Shown: piece after piece, positions 15,837 through 25,202 of the stretch
How the letters are laid out: each line of letters starts with the position of its first letter
Position numbering within the stretch: position 1 is the stretch's first letter
IMG/VR virus record: IMGVR_UViG_3300012953_000084
Coordinates: 1 to 36,409 of that record
Source: a virus
Taxonomy: Duplodnaviria; Caudoviricetes
Length of the DNA: 36,409 nucleotides
Strand: one strand, 5' to 3'
Made by a program: the position numbers and the translations under genes
Notes under the pieces: model-generated
The model's database searches: none
What the model saw: only the letters and a program-made list of their open reading frames with translations
What the model was told of the DNA's origin: nothing

Positions 15837-17479
15837 TGGCTATTAAACATACCATTAGTTGGTTACAGTCAAAGATTCCCGAATCAAAGCAACGAGATGC
15901 AATACGTAAAAGATTTGGCAGAGTTAGAGATCATAAAATAGTTTATCCAAGTAACTGGATTCAAGATGAACTTGCAAATGCATTTAAAAAGGCTGCTTAT
16001 CAAAACTGGCATAAAGATAACCCAGGTAGACAGCCAACCAAGCCACAAGTACAGTCCTTAAATACTTTAGCACGAAAGCATACGTATACGGCATACCAAT
16101 ACGCATATAATAGAGAGAATATTATACAAAAATGTATGCAAGTTAAAATTCGTCCTAATACTATTGAAGTAGAAGATAGAGGCAGGGACTGCATTATACG
16201 ATTTGCTACAAATACAGGAGCAGATTTTGAAGGTTTTGTTTCTTGGGGGAACAGAAAACGATTTAATGTAGCCAGTGAACAACTACTAAAAGAAGCTGGA
16301 CAGCGATTAGTTCGATTAATTAAAAAAGATCCTTCTATTAAAAAAAGTATTGCTAATGGTATAACTGCAGGGAATACAAAAACAGGAAAAGCAGGAGTAC
16401 TAAATCAACTACGAACTCCATTTCGTTTACATGGATTTCCGTCAGGAGACTTAAATCCTGATTATCCAGGACAAGATGATACAACGATAGCACTACTTGG
16501 ATTTGAAGAAAATTTACACGCTACAAGCCCGGGACAGTTAGAATCTGATGTAGAAATGTTTTTAAATTCCACAGGCAGTCAACAGCCTTTGTACGAACAA
16601 ATAATGAAAGACATTCATGATAATTGGTTTGATGTACAATGGAAAGTAAATAATAAAAAGTTTAGTGACATAAAAGAGTTTAGAGATAAAATACAAATAG
16701 CTATAGTTATCGGACATTCTTCTAAAAACAGTTTAATGCGCTATGCGGATGCTGACGGAATATCAGATTATTTAGAGGAAATACGAAAAGTAATGGTAGA
16801 ATCTCTAAATAAAAATGCAACAGACTGGGCAGAAACACAGGCTTCTAGAAAAACTCCCCGTCAAAGAATGGAGGAACAGGTAGTAGAAGCAACTATTAAG
16901 CCTATTGTTAAACAGTTGAAAAAGAATCCGAAGGTAAAAGTAACAACAAAAAGAAGTGGAAAGTTTAAAAAAACATCAGAAACAACAAAAGGTAAAAAGA
17001 CAGTATCAAGAGCAAGTGCTCCTAGAGGGGGTAAAAGAACAAAGCTACAAAAAAGTTCAAAAGCTAAAATAGCAACTGTTGCAGCAGCCTCAGCAGCTAG
17101 TAAAAGAAGAAGCGGAAGTGGAAAAGGATCAGGTACTCAAGATGGCGCTATGAATCCTATTGGACTTCAACAACTTTTAAATAAGTCTTTGCCTGCAGAA
17201 GTAGTAAATAATATGGGGCCTTACCCTCGTAAGCTAGAAAATAGAACGGGTAGATTTGCCCAAAGTGCACAAGTCACTCAAGTTGTACCGATGCCTAAAT
17301 CAGTAGAAATAAGGTACTCCTATCAAAAAGACCCATATGCGGTTTTTGAACCTGAGTTCGGAAATCCTCTAGCTACTCCAGGAAGAGACCCAAAAAGAAT
17401 TATAGGTGGAACAATTAGAGAAATAGCTCAAGAAATAATGGGCACAAGATATGGTCTGGTAAGGACTAAGAGAGTATAA
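15836..17479 (+). CDS. tail completion/neck protein (T5 p143-like C-terminal domain) with long N-terminal extension
   Basis: C-terminal NMG...LENRTGRFAQS...YSYQKDPYAVFE...RDPKRIIGGTIREIA; synteny. Confidence 0.7.
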   Translation: MAIKHTISWLQSKIPESKQRDAIRKRFGRVRDHKIVYPSNWIQDELANAFKKAAYQNWHKDNPGRQPTKPQVQSLNTLARKHTYTAYQYAYNRENIIQKCMQVKIRPNTIEVEDRGRDCIIRFATNTGADFEGFVSWGNRKRFNVASEQLLKEAGQRLVRLIKKDPSIKKSIANGITAGNTKTGKAGVLNQLRTPFRLHGFPSGDLNPDYPGQDDTTIALLGFEENLHATSPGQLESDVEMFLNSTGSQQPLYEQIMKDIHDNWFDVQWKVNNKKFSDIKEFRDKIQIAIVIGHSSKNSLMRYADADGISDYLEEIRKVMVESLNKNATDWAETQASRKTPRQRMEEQVVEATIKPIVKQLKKNPKVKVTTKRSGKFKKTSETTKGKKTVSRASAPRGGKRTKLQKSSKAKIATVAAASAASKRRSGSGKGSGTQDGAMNPIGLQQLLNKSLPAEVVNNMGPYPRKLENRTGRFAQSAQVTQVVPMPKSVEIRYSYQKDPYAVFEPEFGNPLATPGRDPKRIIGGTIREIAQEIMGTRYGLVRTKRV

Positions 17480-17925
17480 TGACAAGAAGTATATCGACAA
17501 GACGATCACAAATATTAGATGCCTTAGTTGTAAAACTAAAGGATATCAATGGTACAGGAGACTATCGTACCACACTCTCAAATCAAGTATTTCCTCAGAT
17601 GAAGTTCTGGGACGAAATTAGTACTTACCCAGCTATACATATGTCCGCAGGTACAGAAACAAGAGAGTACTATGGAGGCGGACAAAAGTGGAGATTTTTA
17701 ACAGTTACAATTCGATGTTATGTAAATCAAGAAGACCCAACAGAGGCTTTAGGTTTATTACTCGAAGATGTAGAGTATGTAATCGATAATAATAATCAAA
17801 TGACTTATTCCGATTCATACGGAAGCGCTGGTGTCGCACAAATTACGGTAGTATCAATAGATACTGACGAAGGAGTGCTTGCACCTCTCGGCATCGGCGA
17901 AATGATAATAGAGGTGCGTTATTAG
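17479..17925 (+). CDS. tail terminator (T5 p142-like)
   Basis: KFWDEI...YP...ETREY, LLEDVEYVID, SIDTDEGVLAPLGIGE; precedes the tail tube gene. Confidence 0.8.
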   Translation: MTRSISTRRSQILDALVVKLKDINGTGDYRTTLSNQVFPQMKFWDEISTYPAIHMSAGTETREYYGGGQKWRFLTVTIRCYVNQEDPTEALGLLLEDVEYVIDNNNQMTYSDSYGSAGVAQITVVSIDTDEGVLAPLGIGEMIIEVRY

Positions 17926-17986
17926 AAAACCGAGTACTTTAGCAAAAGCAAACGTATTCGCTTTTCAAGCCAAATAGGAGACTATA

Positions 17987-19180
17987 ATGGCAACTAAATT
18001 GTATTTTTCTCGAGATACGAAAGTCTTAGCACATATACCCATGGCATCAGCCGGGTCAAAGAATATGTACTTTGACATACCTGTCTTAGACGGATTTTCG
18101 TTTTCTCAAGCAACAAATACTAGTGAAATTACTTTGAATGAAGCACAAAGTACTGCAGGAGCAAGTAGAAGAGGTCGTGCAATGTTTAACGACTCATATG
18201 CACCAGTTGAGTGGAGTTTTTCCACTTACATGATGCCTTATACTTCAGCAGGCGGTGTAAAAGGAACTTCAGGCAAAGCTAGAGGTATATCAGGTGGAGC
18301 ATCGCAAGATGGCTTTCACGCTGAAGTAACAGAAGCACTATGGGCTATGTTTTTTGGACAAACTGGAACTGCGGGAATAACCACAGATACAACTAATCTA
18401 GACATAGTTCAATCAGGAGCAAATAAAGCAACTGTAGGTGTTTTTGACTTATTCTTCATAATGGGAGCATCTCAAGCAGCAACTGCGTATAACTATGAAA
18501 CAAATTCAGGCGCAGCTAATCAGATGATTTATAAACTCTCTGATTGCTCAATCGCAGATGTCTCATTTGATTTTGATTTAGATGGAATTGCTACTGTAAA
18601 TTGGTCTGGAAACGGAAAACTAATTTCAGAAGAAGGAGCTCTTAACTTATCATCGTCAACTGCACTCATTACGGAAGGTGTATCAAATACTACAGGATTT
18701 ATTCGTAATAGAATATCTGATTTAACTATAACTGGGGATCCTTCAGGAAGTTCAGTAACTTACGTCACTACACTTACAGGTGGAAACATCAGTATGAGTA
18801 ACAACCTAACTTACTTAACACCAGAAACTCTTGGAGTAGTAAATCAACCTTTAGGGCACGTTACAGGAACAAAAAATGTTGGAGGAAACTTCACTTGTTA
18901 CCTAGATAACGCAGGGAATACATCAAGTGCAGAACTTTACGAAGACCTCGTAGAGGCAACTTCTGATATTCAAAACTCATTTAGTTTAAGTTTTGATATT
19001 GGTGGAAGTGGCACTCCGCATTGTATAATTACAATGCCAACTGCTCACTTAGAAGTACCAAGTCATTCAATTGATGAAGTAATTTCATTGGAAACTAATT
19101 TCCACGCGCTACCAAGCGACTTTGACTCAACAAACGAAATCTCAGTATTTCAATTTGTAGGTAAAGACGTTAACGCGTAA
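17987..19180 (+). CDS. major tail tube protein (T5 pb6-like)
   Basis: SD AGGAG; IPVLDGFSFSQ, PVEWSFSTY, FDLDGIATVNWSG, NNLTYLTPETLG. Confidence 0.85.
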   Translation: MATKLYFSRDTKVLAHIPMASAGSKNMYFDIPVLDGFSFSQATNTSEITLNEAQSTAGASRRGRAMFNDSYAPVEWSFSTYMMPYTSAGGVKGTSGKARGISGGASQDGFHAEVTEALWAMFFGQTGTAGITTDTTNLDIVQSGANKATVGVFDLFFIMGASQAATAYNYETNSGAANQMIYKLSDCSIADVSFDFDLDGIATVNWSGNGKLISEEGALNLSSSTALITEGVSNTTGFIRNRISDLTITGDPSGSSVTYVTTLTGGNISMSNNLTYLTPETLGVVNQPLGHVTGTKNVGGNFTCYLDNAGNTSSAELYEDLVEATSDIQNSFSLSFDIGGSGTPHCIITMPTAHLEVPSHSIDEVISLETNFHALPSDFDSTNEISVFQFVGKDVNA

Positions 19181-19186
19181 ACTAGT

Positions 19187-19222
19187 GTATCGGGGCGGTT
19201 ACCCGCCGCCCCAATACTTTTT
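19187..19222 (+). terminator. Rho-independent terminator after the tail tube gene
   Basis: GTATcGGGGCGG-ttacccg-CCGCCCCaATAC followed by TTTTT. Confidence 0.85.
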
Positions 19223-19246
19223 ATTAACCCTTAAACAGGAACCAGC

Positions 19247-19684
19247 ATGACAGAACAAACAACAACAGCACAACCTGTATCACTTTCTTCGTTGTTAACT
19301 CCAACGAAAACAGTAACAGTAGACTATCCTGAGTTTGAAGACTTTAAAGTTCAACTAACCTATCTCGCAAGAGAAGAGTTAATGAAACTTAGAAATAGAA
19401 CTCTAAAACAAAAGTTCAATAAGAAAACTAGAGCTTTTGAGGAAACAATGGATGAAGATTTATTTCTTACTGAGTACGTAAAAGCAGTGATAAAAGGTTG
19501 GTCAGGTTTAAAGTATGAATATGTATCACAATTATTACTTGTAGATACGAGTACTGTAGACCTTCAAGATGAACTTGTCTATACTCAAGAAAACGCAGAA
19601 ATACTTATGAAAAATTCTAGCGACTTTGATACTTGGGTAACAGAAGTAGTAGGTGATCTTGAAAATTTTACGAACAGCAAGTAG
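19247..19684 (+). CDS. tail assembly chaperone (gpG-like)
   Basis: Lies between tube and tape measure genes; IKGWSGL, ENAEILMKNSSDFDTWV. Confidence 0.85.
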   Translation: MTEQTTTAQPVSLSSLLTPTKTVTVDYPEFEDFKVQLTYLAREELMKLRNRTLKQKFNKKTRAFEETMDEDLFLTEYVKAVIKGWSGLKYEYVSQLLLVDTSTVDLQDELVYTQENAEILMKNSSDFDTWVTEVVGDLENFTNSK

Positions 19685-19705
19685 GTTACATATATAGCCT
19701 ACTTG
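19663..19705 (+). other. programmed -1 ribosomal frameshift signal
   Basis: Heptamer A AAT TTT 19663-19669, 8 nt spacer, 11 bp stem-loop 19678-19705. Confidence 0.85.
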
Positions 19706-20094
19706 AGCGACAGATAGGAGGCCTTCCATATAAAAACGTAGATGAATATTATGCGATTATGGAAAGGATGAATCGAGACCCAAATCCTGACACAGTAAAA
19801 TTATTGGAAGGGGTAATCTTTCCACTTGAAGTGATACAGGCACAAACGATTCATCAACTGCTACCAGACGTATGGGATGGGGCAGGAGGAAACTATCTTG
19901 GAAAGGACTGGAGCGCTTTAAAAGTGCTACTAGATACTTTAGGAGTTGACGAACAAAAAGTAGTTATATTATTTTTAAGATATATCGACTCCTTAACAAT
20001 GCAATCTCGAAATGATGAAATTGCAAAAGATCGCAAAAGATCAGACAGTAAAGTGCCCACAGGGCAAGGTAAAGGTATAAGTGTAAATGGCTAA
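19663..20094 (+). CDS. tail assembly chaperone frameshift extension (gpT-like part of gpGT)
   Basis: The -1 frame is open from 19663 to 20094; the ORF track calls it from ATG 19759; LPDVWDGAGGNYLGKDW motif. Confidence 0.8.
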   Translation, partial: KFYEQQVGYIYSLLERQIGGLPYKNVDEYYAIMERMNRDPNPDTVKLLEGVIFPLEVIQAQTIHQLLPDVWDGAGGNYLGKDWSALKVLLDTLGVDEQKVVILFLRYIDSLTMQSRNDEIAKDRKRSDSKVPTGQGKGISVNG

Positions 20095-23000
20095 AAATGA
20101 AGTAAAAGTAGGAGTCAAGTTTGACGATGACGGCAGTTTAAAAGAAACTGGTAAAAAGGCTAAACAGGCAGGTAAAGACTTAGATAAGGGTGCAAAAGGC
20201 GCCCACTCTATGGACAGGAGGCTCAAAGGAGCCGCCAATGCCTCGTCAAACTCAACTAAAAACTTCTCTAAGATGTCTCAAGGGATATCTGGAGGACTTG
20301 TCCCTGCGTACGCTACACTAGCCGCTTCACTCTTTGCTGTAGACGCAGCATTCCAAGCACTTAAACGTGCTTCCGATCTTCGTGTACAAGCAGAAGGTAT
20401 GACAGCTTATGCAAATACTACTGGTGTGGCACTTAAATCTGTTGCAAGAGACTTACAAGCAGCAACAGGCTTTCAATTAGATTTTAAACAAGCTGCAGAA
20501 TCTGCTTCAATTGCAGTAGCTGCAGGGTTCTCTGCTGACCAAGTAACACAAATTGGTTTAGCAGCAAAACAAGCCTCAATCGCTCTTGGTAGAGACTTTG
20601 CAGACTCATATCAAAGACTATTGAAAGGTATAACAAAAGCCGAGCCAGAGCTCTTAGACGAATTGGGTATCATTTTAAGATTAGAAAAGGCAACAACTAC
20701 GTATGGGGCAGCAATCGGTAAAAATGCAAAAGACCTTACAGCTTATGAAAGACAACAAGCTGTATTTAACGAAGTTATTGGGCAGACTGCAAGAAAATAT
20801 GCAGCTGTAGGAGATAACATACCCGTAAACCAATTCGGACAACTAGGTTCAAAACTAACAGACTTATCAGATGATGCTCTTAAAGGTATCGCACCAATAG
20901 CTGAGTTCTTCGCAGGAGTATTTGTAAATAACACTAATGCCGCAATAGCAGCACTTGGAGTATTTGCAGCTTCAATACTAAAGCAAGTTATCCCAAGTTT
21001 TACTCAATTAAAAAATGAAGCTCGAGAAGCAATGATAGCTGCTAGAGGCAACTTTGGAGCAGCAGGGGCAGGGTTTTCTCAGGCGGGGTCAACCTTTAAA
21101 GGAGCATATAATACATTAAACCAAACTCCAGCAATGGGAGCAGCAGATGCTCAAAAACTAGCTAAAGGCGATCTTAAAGGTATTCAATCTGCAGGATTAA
21201 AAACTTTACGAGACGGCGGTGTAATGAGTGGACAACAAAGAGCAGGCCTTGCAAGAGCTTTAAAAAATGCAGAAGCACAGTATAGAAAACATGGTGCTAT
21301 TACTACAGGAATATTTAAAGGAGTGGACATAAAAATAGTCAGAGATTTTTCAACTTCTATGACAGTTATGCAAGGAAAAGGTGCAATTACTTTTAGAGCC
21401 ATAGGCTTATCCTTTAAAGGAATGGGCGTGGGTGTAATGGCAGCCACAAAAGCGATGGGAGCTGTTTGGAAGGCAACAATGGCAGGAATGGTAACTGTTG
21501 CAAAAGGTACAGGTGCAGTTATGAATAAAGCTTTGGGTATTATAGGTCTCATTGGTATGCTTGTAATGTTTATTGGTACAATTAAAGACGCAATGAATAG
21601 TATCGATAAAATAGTAATAGCCATTGGAGATATGATGAAAAAATTTGGAGGTTTGGTTTCAAAATATGGAAAATTCTTCGGCTTAGGCGGACTCGGAGAA
21701 ATGATTGAATCAGGTGGTGATCGTATGGTTAAAAGAGGCGAAGCTATGAAACCTGAGTATGAAAAGAAAAGATCAAAAGCAGAGGCAGGAAAGAAGGCAG
21801 TAAGTTTAACGGAAAGCATCACAGGAAACACAAAAGAAGTTAACGACATTCAAGCAAGTTGGAAAGGTTTAGGAAAAAACTTTGATTCTACACGAGCACA
21901 AGCTCAACTTTTAGCAGGGAATAGCGGACTTGGGAAACTAGAGAAGTTTACTGCAATGACCAAAGATACTACAGGCTCTTATACTGGACAACTTGACGAT
22001 ACAAGAGAAGCTCTTTCAGAGCATTATAGAGAGCTTTCTAGATTAGATCCTGCTTATGGGGCTGTTGCAGATATGATTGATAGTAGAAGTAGCGTATCTT
22101 TAGAAAGAGCAAGAGAAACAATAGTAGAACTTACAAATAAATATGGCAGCCATGTACAAGCATTAAAAGATATAGAATCTGCAGAAGAAGGTAGGGCAAA
22201 AAGACTGGCAGAACTTTCTATGAAACAAACTCAGTATAGCGAAGGCACAAGAGAAATGATAGCAATGCAGGCTTCACTAAATGAGTTAATAGCAGGCAAA
22301 ACAACACAAGAGGACTTAGCGGCTCTTAAATCTATGCTGGGAATAGCAGCAGATGAAACTATTACATTAGCAGAAGCCCAAGAAAGATTAAATACTGCCT
22401 TACAAAAACAAAAAGATTTAATCGCAACTGCAGTAGGAGCAGAACTAGCTGCTGGAGCAGGAAAAGTAACTCAAGCAGGATATGCTTCATCTCCTTCACT
22501 ATTTAGAGGGCAAGCAGCAAAAGACCAAGCCGTTTTAGACTCGCAAGCTAAACTTGCAAGAGCCGAATCCACCTATAATCAACAAATGAATGAAAATGCA
22601 GTTAGGCAAAAAACTGCAACTGGAGAAGATCTAACAAACTTACAAAATCTTGCTCAAGAGTACACAAATGTAATAAACTTACAAAGAGAAGAAACAGCGC
22701 AATTAGAAGCAATGAATACCCAGTTCGGTGAGTTAAAAATGGTAGCAATGGACTCATTAGTAAATGGCATGGTAAAAGGCCTAGAAGGATTAATAAACGG
22801 AACAATGAGTGCAAAACAGGCATTTAAACAAATGGCAGTAAGCATATTACAAGATATGGCAAAAATGATTGCCAAACAAATGATATTAAACTTACTCATG
22901 GGAACAGCCATGGGTGATATGATGGGATTAGAAACAAAAACAGCCGCAGGCGGGAAGTCGGGCCCTAGATCAGGCGGAATTATGAACAGCCCAGGATACC

Positions 23001-23311
23001 GCTCTTATAATAGTGGTGGTATTGCTTCAGGCCCTAACTCTGGGTATGGAGCAACTTTACATGGAACAGAAGCAGTAGTTCCACTTCCAGGAGATAGAAA
23101 AATACCTGTAAAATTATCAGGAAAAGGACTAGCTGGAACTGCCAATACTACAGTTAATGTACATATGGGAGAAGGATCAACTACTGAAAGTGACGCTGAT
23201 ACTGGAAGAGCTCTTGGACAAGTTATTCAAGCAGCAGTAACAGAGCAAATAGCAAAAGAACAAGCTCCTGGAGGGTTACTAAGTCCCTTAGGCGGAGGAG
23301 GAATAGGATAA
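20087..23311 (+). CDS. tape measure protein
   Basis: 1074 aa, Ala/Gly-rich helical; GLVPAYATLAA, KAEPELLDELGI; hydrophobic segments; C-terminal LHGTEAVVPL. Confidence 0.92.
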   Translation: MAKNEVKVGVKFDDDGSLKETGKKAKQAGKDLDKGAKGAHSMDRRLKGAANASSNSTKNFSKMSQGISGGLVPAYATLAASLFAVDAAFQALKRASDLRVQAEGMTAYANTTGVALKSVARDLQAATGFQLDFKQAAESASIAVAAGFSADQVTQIGLAAKQASIALGRDFADSYQRLLKGITKAEPELLDELGIILRLEKATTTYGAAIGKNAKDLTAYERQQAVFNEVIGQTARKYAAVGDNIPVNQFGQLGSKLTDLSDDALKGIAPIAEFFAGVFVNNTNAAIAALGVFAASILKQVIPSFTQLKNEAREAMIAARGNFGAAGAGFSQAGSTFKGAYNTLNQTPAMGAADAQKLAKGDLKGIQSAGLKTLRDGGVMSGQQRAGLARALKNAEAQYRKHGAITTGIFKGVDIKIVRDFSTSMTVMQGKGAITFRAIGLSFKGMGVGVMAATKAMGAVWKATMAGMVTVAKGTGAVMNKALGIIGLIGMLVMFIGTIKDAMNSIDKIVIAIGDMMKKFGGLVSKYGKFFGLGGLGEMIESGGDRMVKRGEAMKPEYEKKRSKAEAGKKAVSLTESITGNTKEVNDIQASWKGLGKNFDSTRAQAQLLAGNSGLGKLEKFTAMTKDTTGSYTGQLDDTREALSEHYRELSRLDPAYGAVADMIDSRSSVSLERARETIVELTNKYGSHVQALKDIESAEEGRAKRLAELSMKQTQYSEGTREMIAMQASLNELIAGKTTQEDLAALKSMLGIAADETITLAEAQERLNTALQKQKDLIATAVGAELAAGAGKVTQAGYASSPSLFRGQAAKDQAVLDSQAKLARAESTYNQQMNENAVRQKTATGEDLTNLQNLAQEYTNVINLQREETAQLEAMNTQFGELKMVAMDSLVNGMVKGLEGLINGTMSAKQAFKQMAVSILQDMAKMIAKQMILNLLMGTAMGDMMGLETKTAAGGKSGPRSGGIMNSPGYRSYNSGGIASGPNSGYGATLHGTEAVVPLPGDRKIPVKLSGKGLAGTANTTVNVHMGEGSTTESDADTGRALGQVIQAAVTEQIAKEQAPGGLLSPLGGGGIG

Positions 23312-23312
23312 A

Positions 23313-23687
23313 ATGGCAATAGGATTTACTGATTTAACAAGCACTGTAAGACGCCCTGATAAAGGAATGAGTCGAAAGACCACACCTGTAAGGCATATAG
23401 CACGTTTTGGTGATGGCTATGAACAAAGAATTGCAGATGGAATTAACAATTTAAAAGAGGAGTACGGAGTAAGTTTTAGTACTCGAACTAAAGCAGAGAT
23501 TGATGATATCGTTGCTTTTTTTGAAAATAAAGGAGGAGTCACCCCCTTCACTTTTACTGTGCCTGACACAAATGAAAGTGGAAACGAAGTAGCAATAAAA
23601 GTAGTTTGTGAAGAGTGGGACAAAAAATACGAATATGGAGACTATTACTCTGTAACAACAACATTTAGGAGAGTTTACGAAGCATGA
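23313..23687 (+). CDS. distal tail protein (lambda gpM-like)
   Basis: ARFGDGYEQRIADGIN, FFENKGGVTPFTFTVP, TTTFRRVYE. Confidence 0.88.
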   Translation: MAIGFTDLTSTVRRPDKGMSRKTTPVRHIARFGDGYEQRIADGINNLKEEYGVSFSTRTKAEIDDIVAFFENKGGVTPFTFTVPDTNESGNEVAIKVVCEEWDKKYEYGDYYSVTTTFRRVYEA

Positions 23688-24889
23688 GTGTAAATACAGC
23701 TATACAGGATGTACAAAAGCAAGATCCTGGGTCTGCGATAGTTCATGTATTTGAGCTAGAGCTAGGCACGGGTTCTACTGTTTACTTTCATACAGGTCTA
23801 GAAGCTGATCTAACAACTGTACAGTTTAGAGATAAAACAACCCCTTCTACAATTCGAACTTATCAAGCACTTCCAATTAATGTTACAGGATTTAAAAAAT
23901 CAACTACAGGAGCTCTTGCTAGACCAACTTTAAGTATTGCAAACGTTTTAACAACTTTTGGAGACGCAATCGGCTCTTTGACAAATGATGACTTACTTGG
24001 AAATAAAGTAACTCGTAGAAGTACTCTCCAAAAATATTTATACGGAGAATCCTCGGATCAAAGTCCTCCTGTAGAGTTTCCAAGTCAAGTGTACTACATA
24101 GATAGAATAAAAAGTGAAACTGCCGAATTTGTAGTATTTGAGCTCGCCGCTGCTCATGACCTTATAGGAGTTACAGTACCGGCAAGACACGTAAGTCCAA
24201 ATGCTTGTAGCTGGCTTTATAAAGGAGCAAGCTGGGATAGAGCAGAGAGTGATAGAGTAGGGGCTTGTACTGTTGATAGCCAAGGAAGACTAAGAATTGA
24301 CAATGTTACATACAAAAATTGGGTAAATGTTGATGATGAAAGAGTAGTTTTATCTAGTTCAACATTTACAGCTTATTCAGGAGTTTCAAGTGGTACGACT
24401 CTCACAAAAGATGCGTATTATACAACTTCAAAAACCGATGCTATAAAGTATAATATAGACGGTACTCAAACAGGCAGTCAAACTGTTACTGAGTATTGGC
24501 AAGCCACAAAAGCAGTAACAAAAAGTACTGCAGGAACACCAAGTGATAATAGTACTTACTTTAACAGAATAAGAGTATATGCTACATATAGTGCAAGCAC
24601 AACTTACATTGCATACACAGATGATAGACTTAATCCCTTTGTCGAGCACACTTCAGGTGGAGAAGCAAAACTTTGGAAACTTAAACACTCAAGTAAGGGA
24701 AATACTCCAGGTGAAACAGACTTTTGGCAAATGGGAGATGCCTGTAGTAAAACTATAAAAGCTTGCGCTATGAGATATAATTCAGCACCTATATCTGCAG
24801 GAACAGCAAGCTCAAACATGAAAGCAGCGACTGTAGATAGATGGACACTACCCTATGGAGGTTTTCCAGGTGCTAAACGATACAATTAA
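23684..24889 (+). CDS. tail tip protein, lambda gpL-like, with insertion
   Basis: VFEL, RPTLSIAN, VTRRSTLQKYL, YYIDR, FELAAAHD; Cys 175/195/354/361; terminal LPYGGFPG. Confidence 0.88.
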   Translation: MSVNTAIQDVQKQDPGSAIVHVFELELGTGSTVYFHTGLEADLTTVQFRDKTTPSTIRTYQALPINVTGFKKSTTGALARPTLSIANVLTTFGDAIGSLTNDDLLGNKVTRRSTLQKYLYGESSDQSPPVEFPSQVYYIDRIKSETAEFVVFELAAAHDLIGVTVPARHVSPNACSWLYKGASWDRAESDRVGACTVDSQGRLRIDNVTYKNWVNVDDERVVLSSSTFTAYSGVSSGTTLTKDAYYTTSKTDAIKYNIDGTQTGSQTVTEYWQATKAVTKSTAGTPSDNSTYFNRIRVYATYSASTTYIAYTDDRLNPFVEHTSGGEAKLWKLKHSSKGNTPGETDFWQMGDACSKTIKACAMRYNSAPISAGTASSNMKAATVDRWTLPYGGFPGAKRYN

Positions 24890-25202
24890 AGAACAAATAT
24901 ACGAACATCTTGACAGGGAATACCCAAGAGAAGGGTGTGGCGTAATAGTTCTAGAAAATAACGAATATAAGTGGTACCCTGTAACAAACATTGCAAAAAG
25001 TGATGATGATTTTAAATTTGACCCTATCGAGTATATGCGTATAAATTTAAAATCAAAACCTCTCGCAATCGTTCACAGTCATCCAGATACAACGTCAGAA
25101 CCAAGTGTTGCAGATCGGCAAAATTGCAACTTTTTAAATCTAGACTTTTACATTTTTAGTTTGCCAGATAAAAATTTAACAATATTAAAACCAAATGAAT
25201 AG
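24870..25202 (+). CDS. gpK-like JAB/MPN metalloprotease domain only
   Basis: YPREGCG, IVHSHPD...PSVAD; probable GTG start 24870 after GGAGG (track starts at 24855). Confidence 0.85.
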   Translation: MLNDTIKEQIYEHLDREYPREGCGVIVLENNEYKWYPVTNIAKSDDDFKFDPIEYMRINLKSKPLAIVHSHPDTTSEPSVADRQNCNFLNLDFYIFSLPDKNLTILKPNE

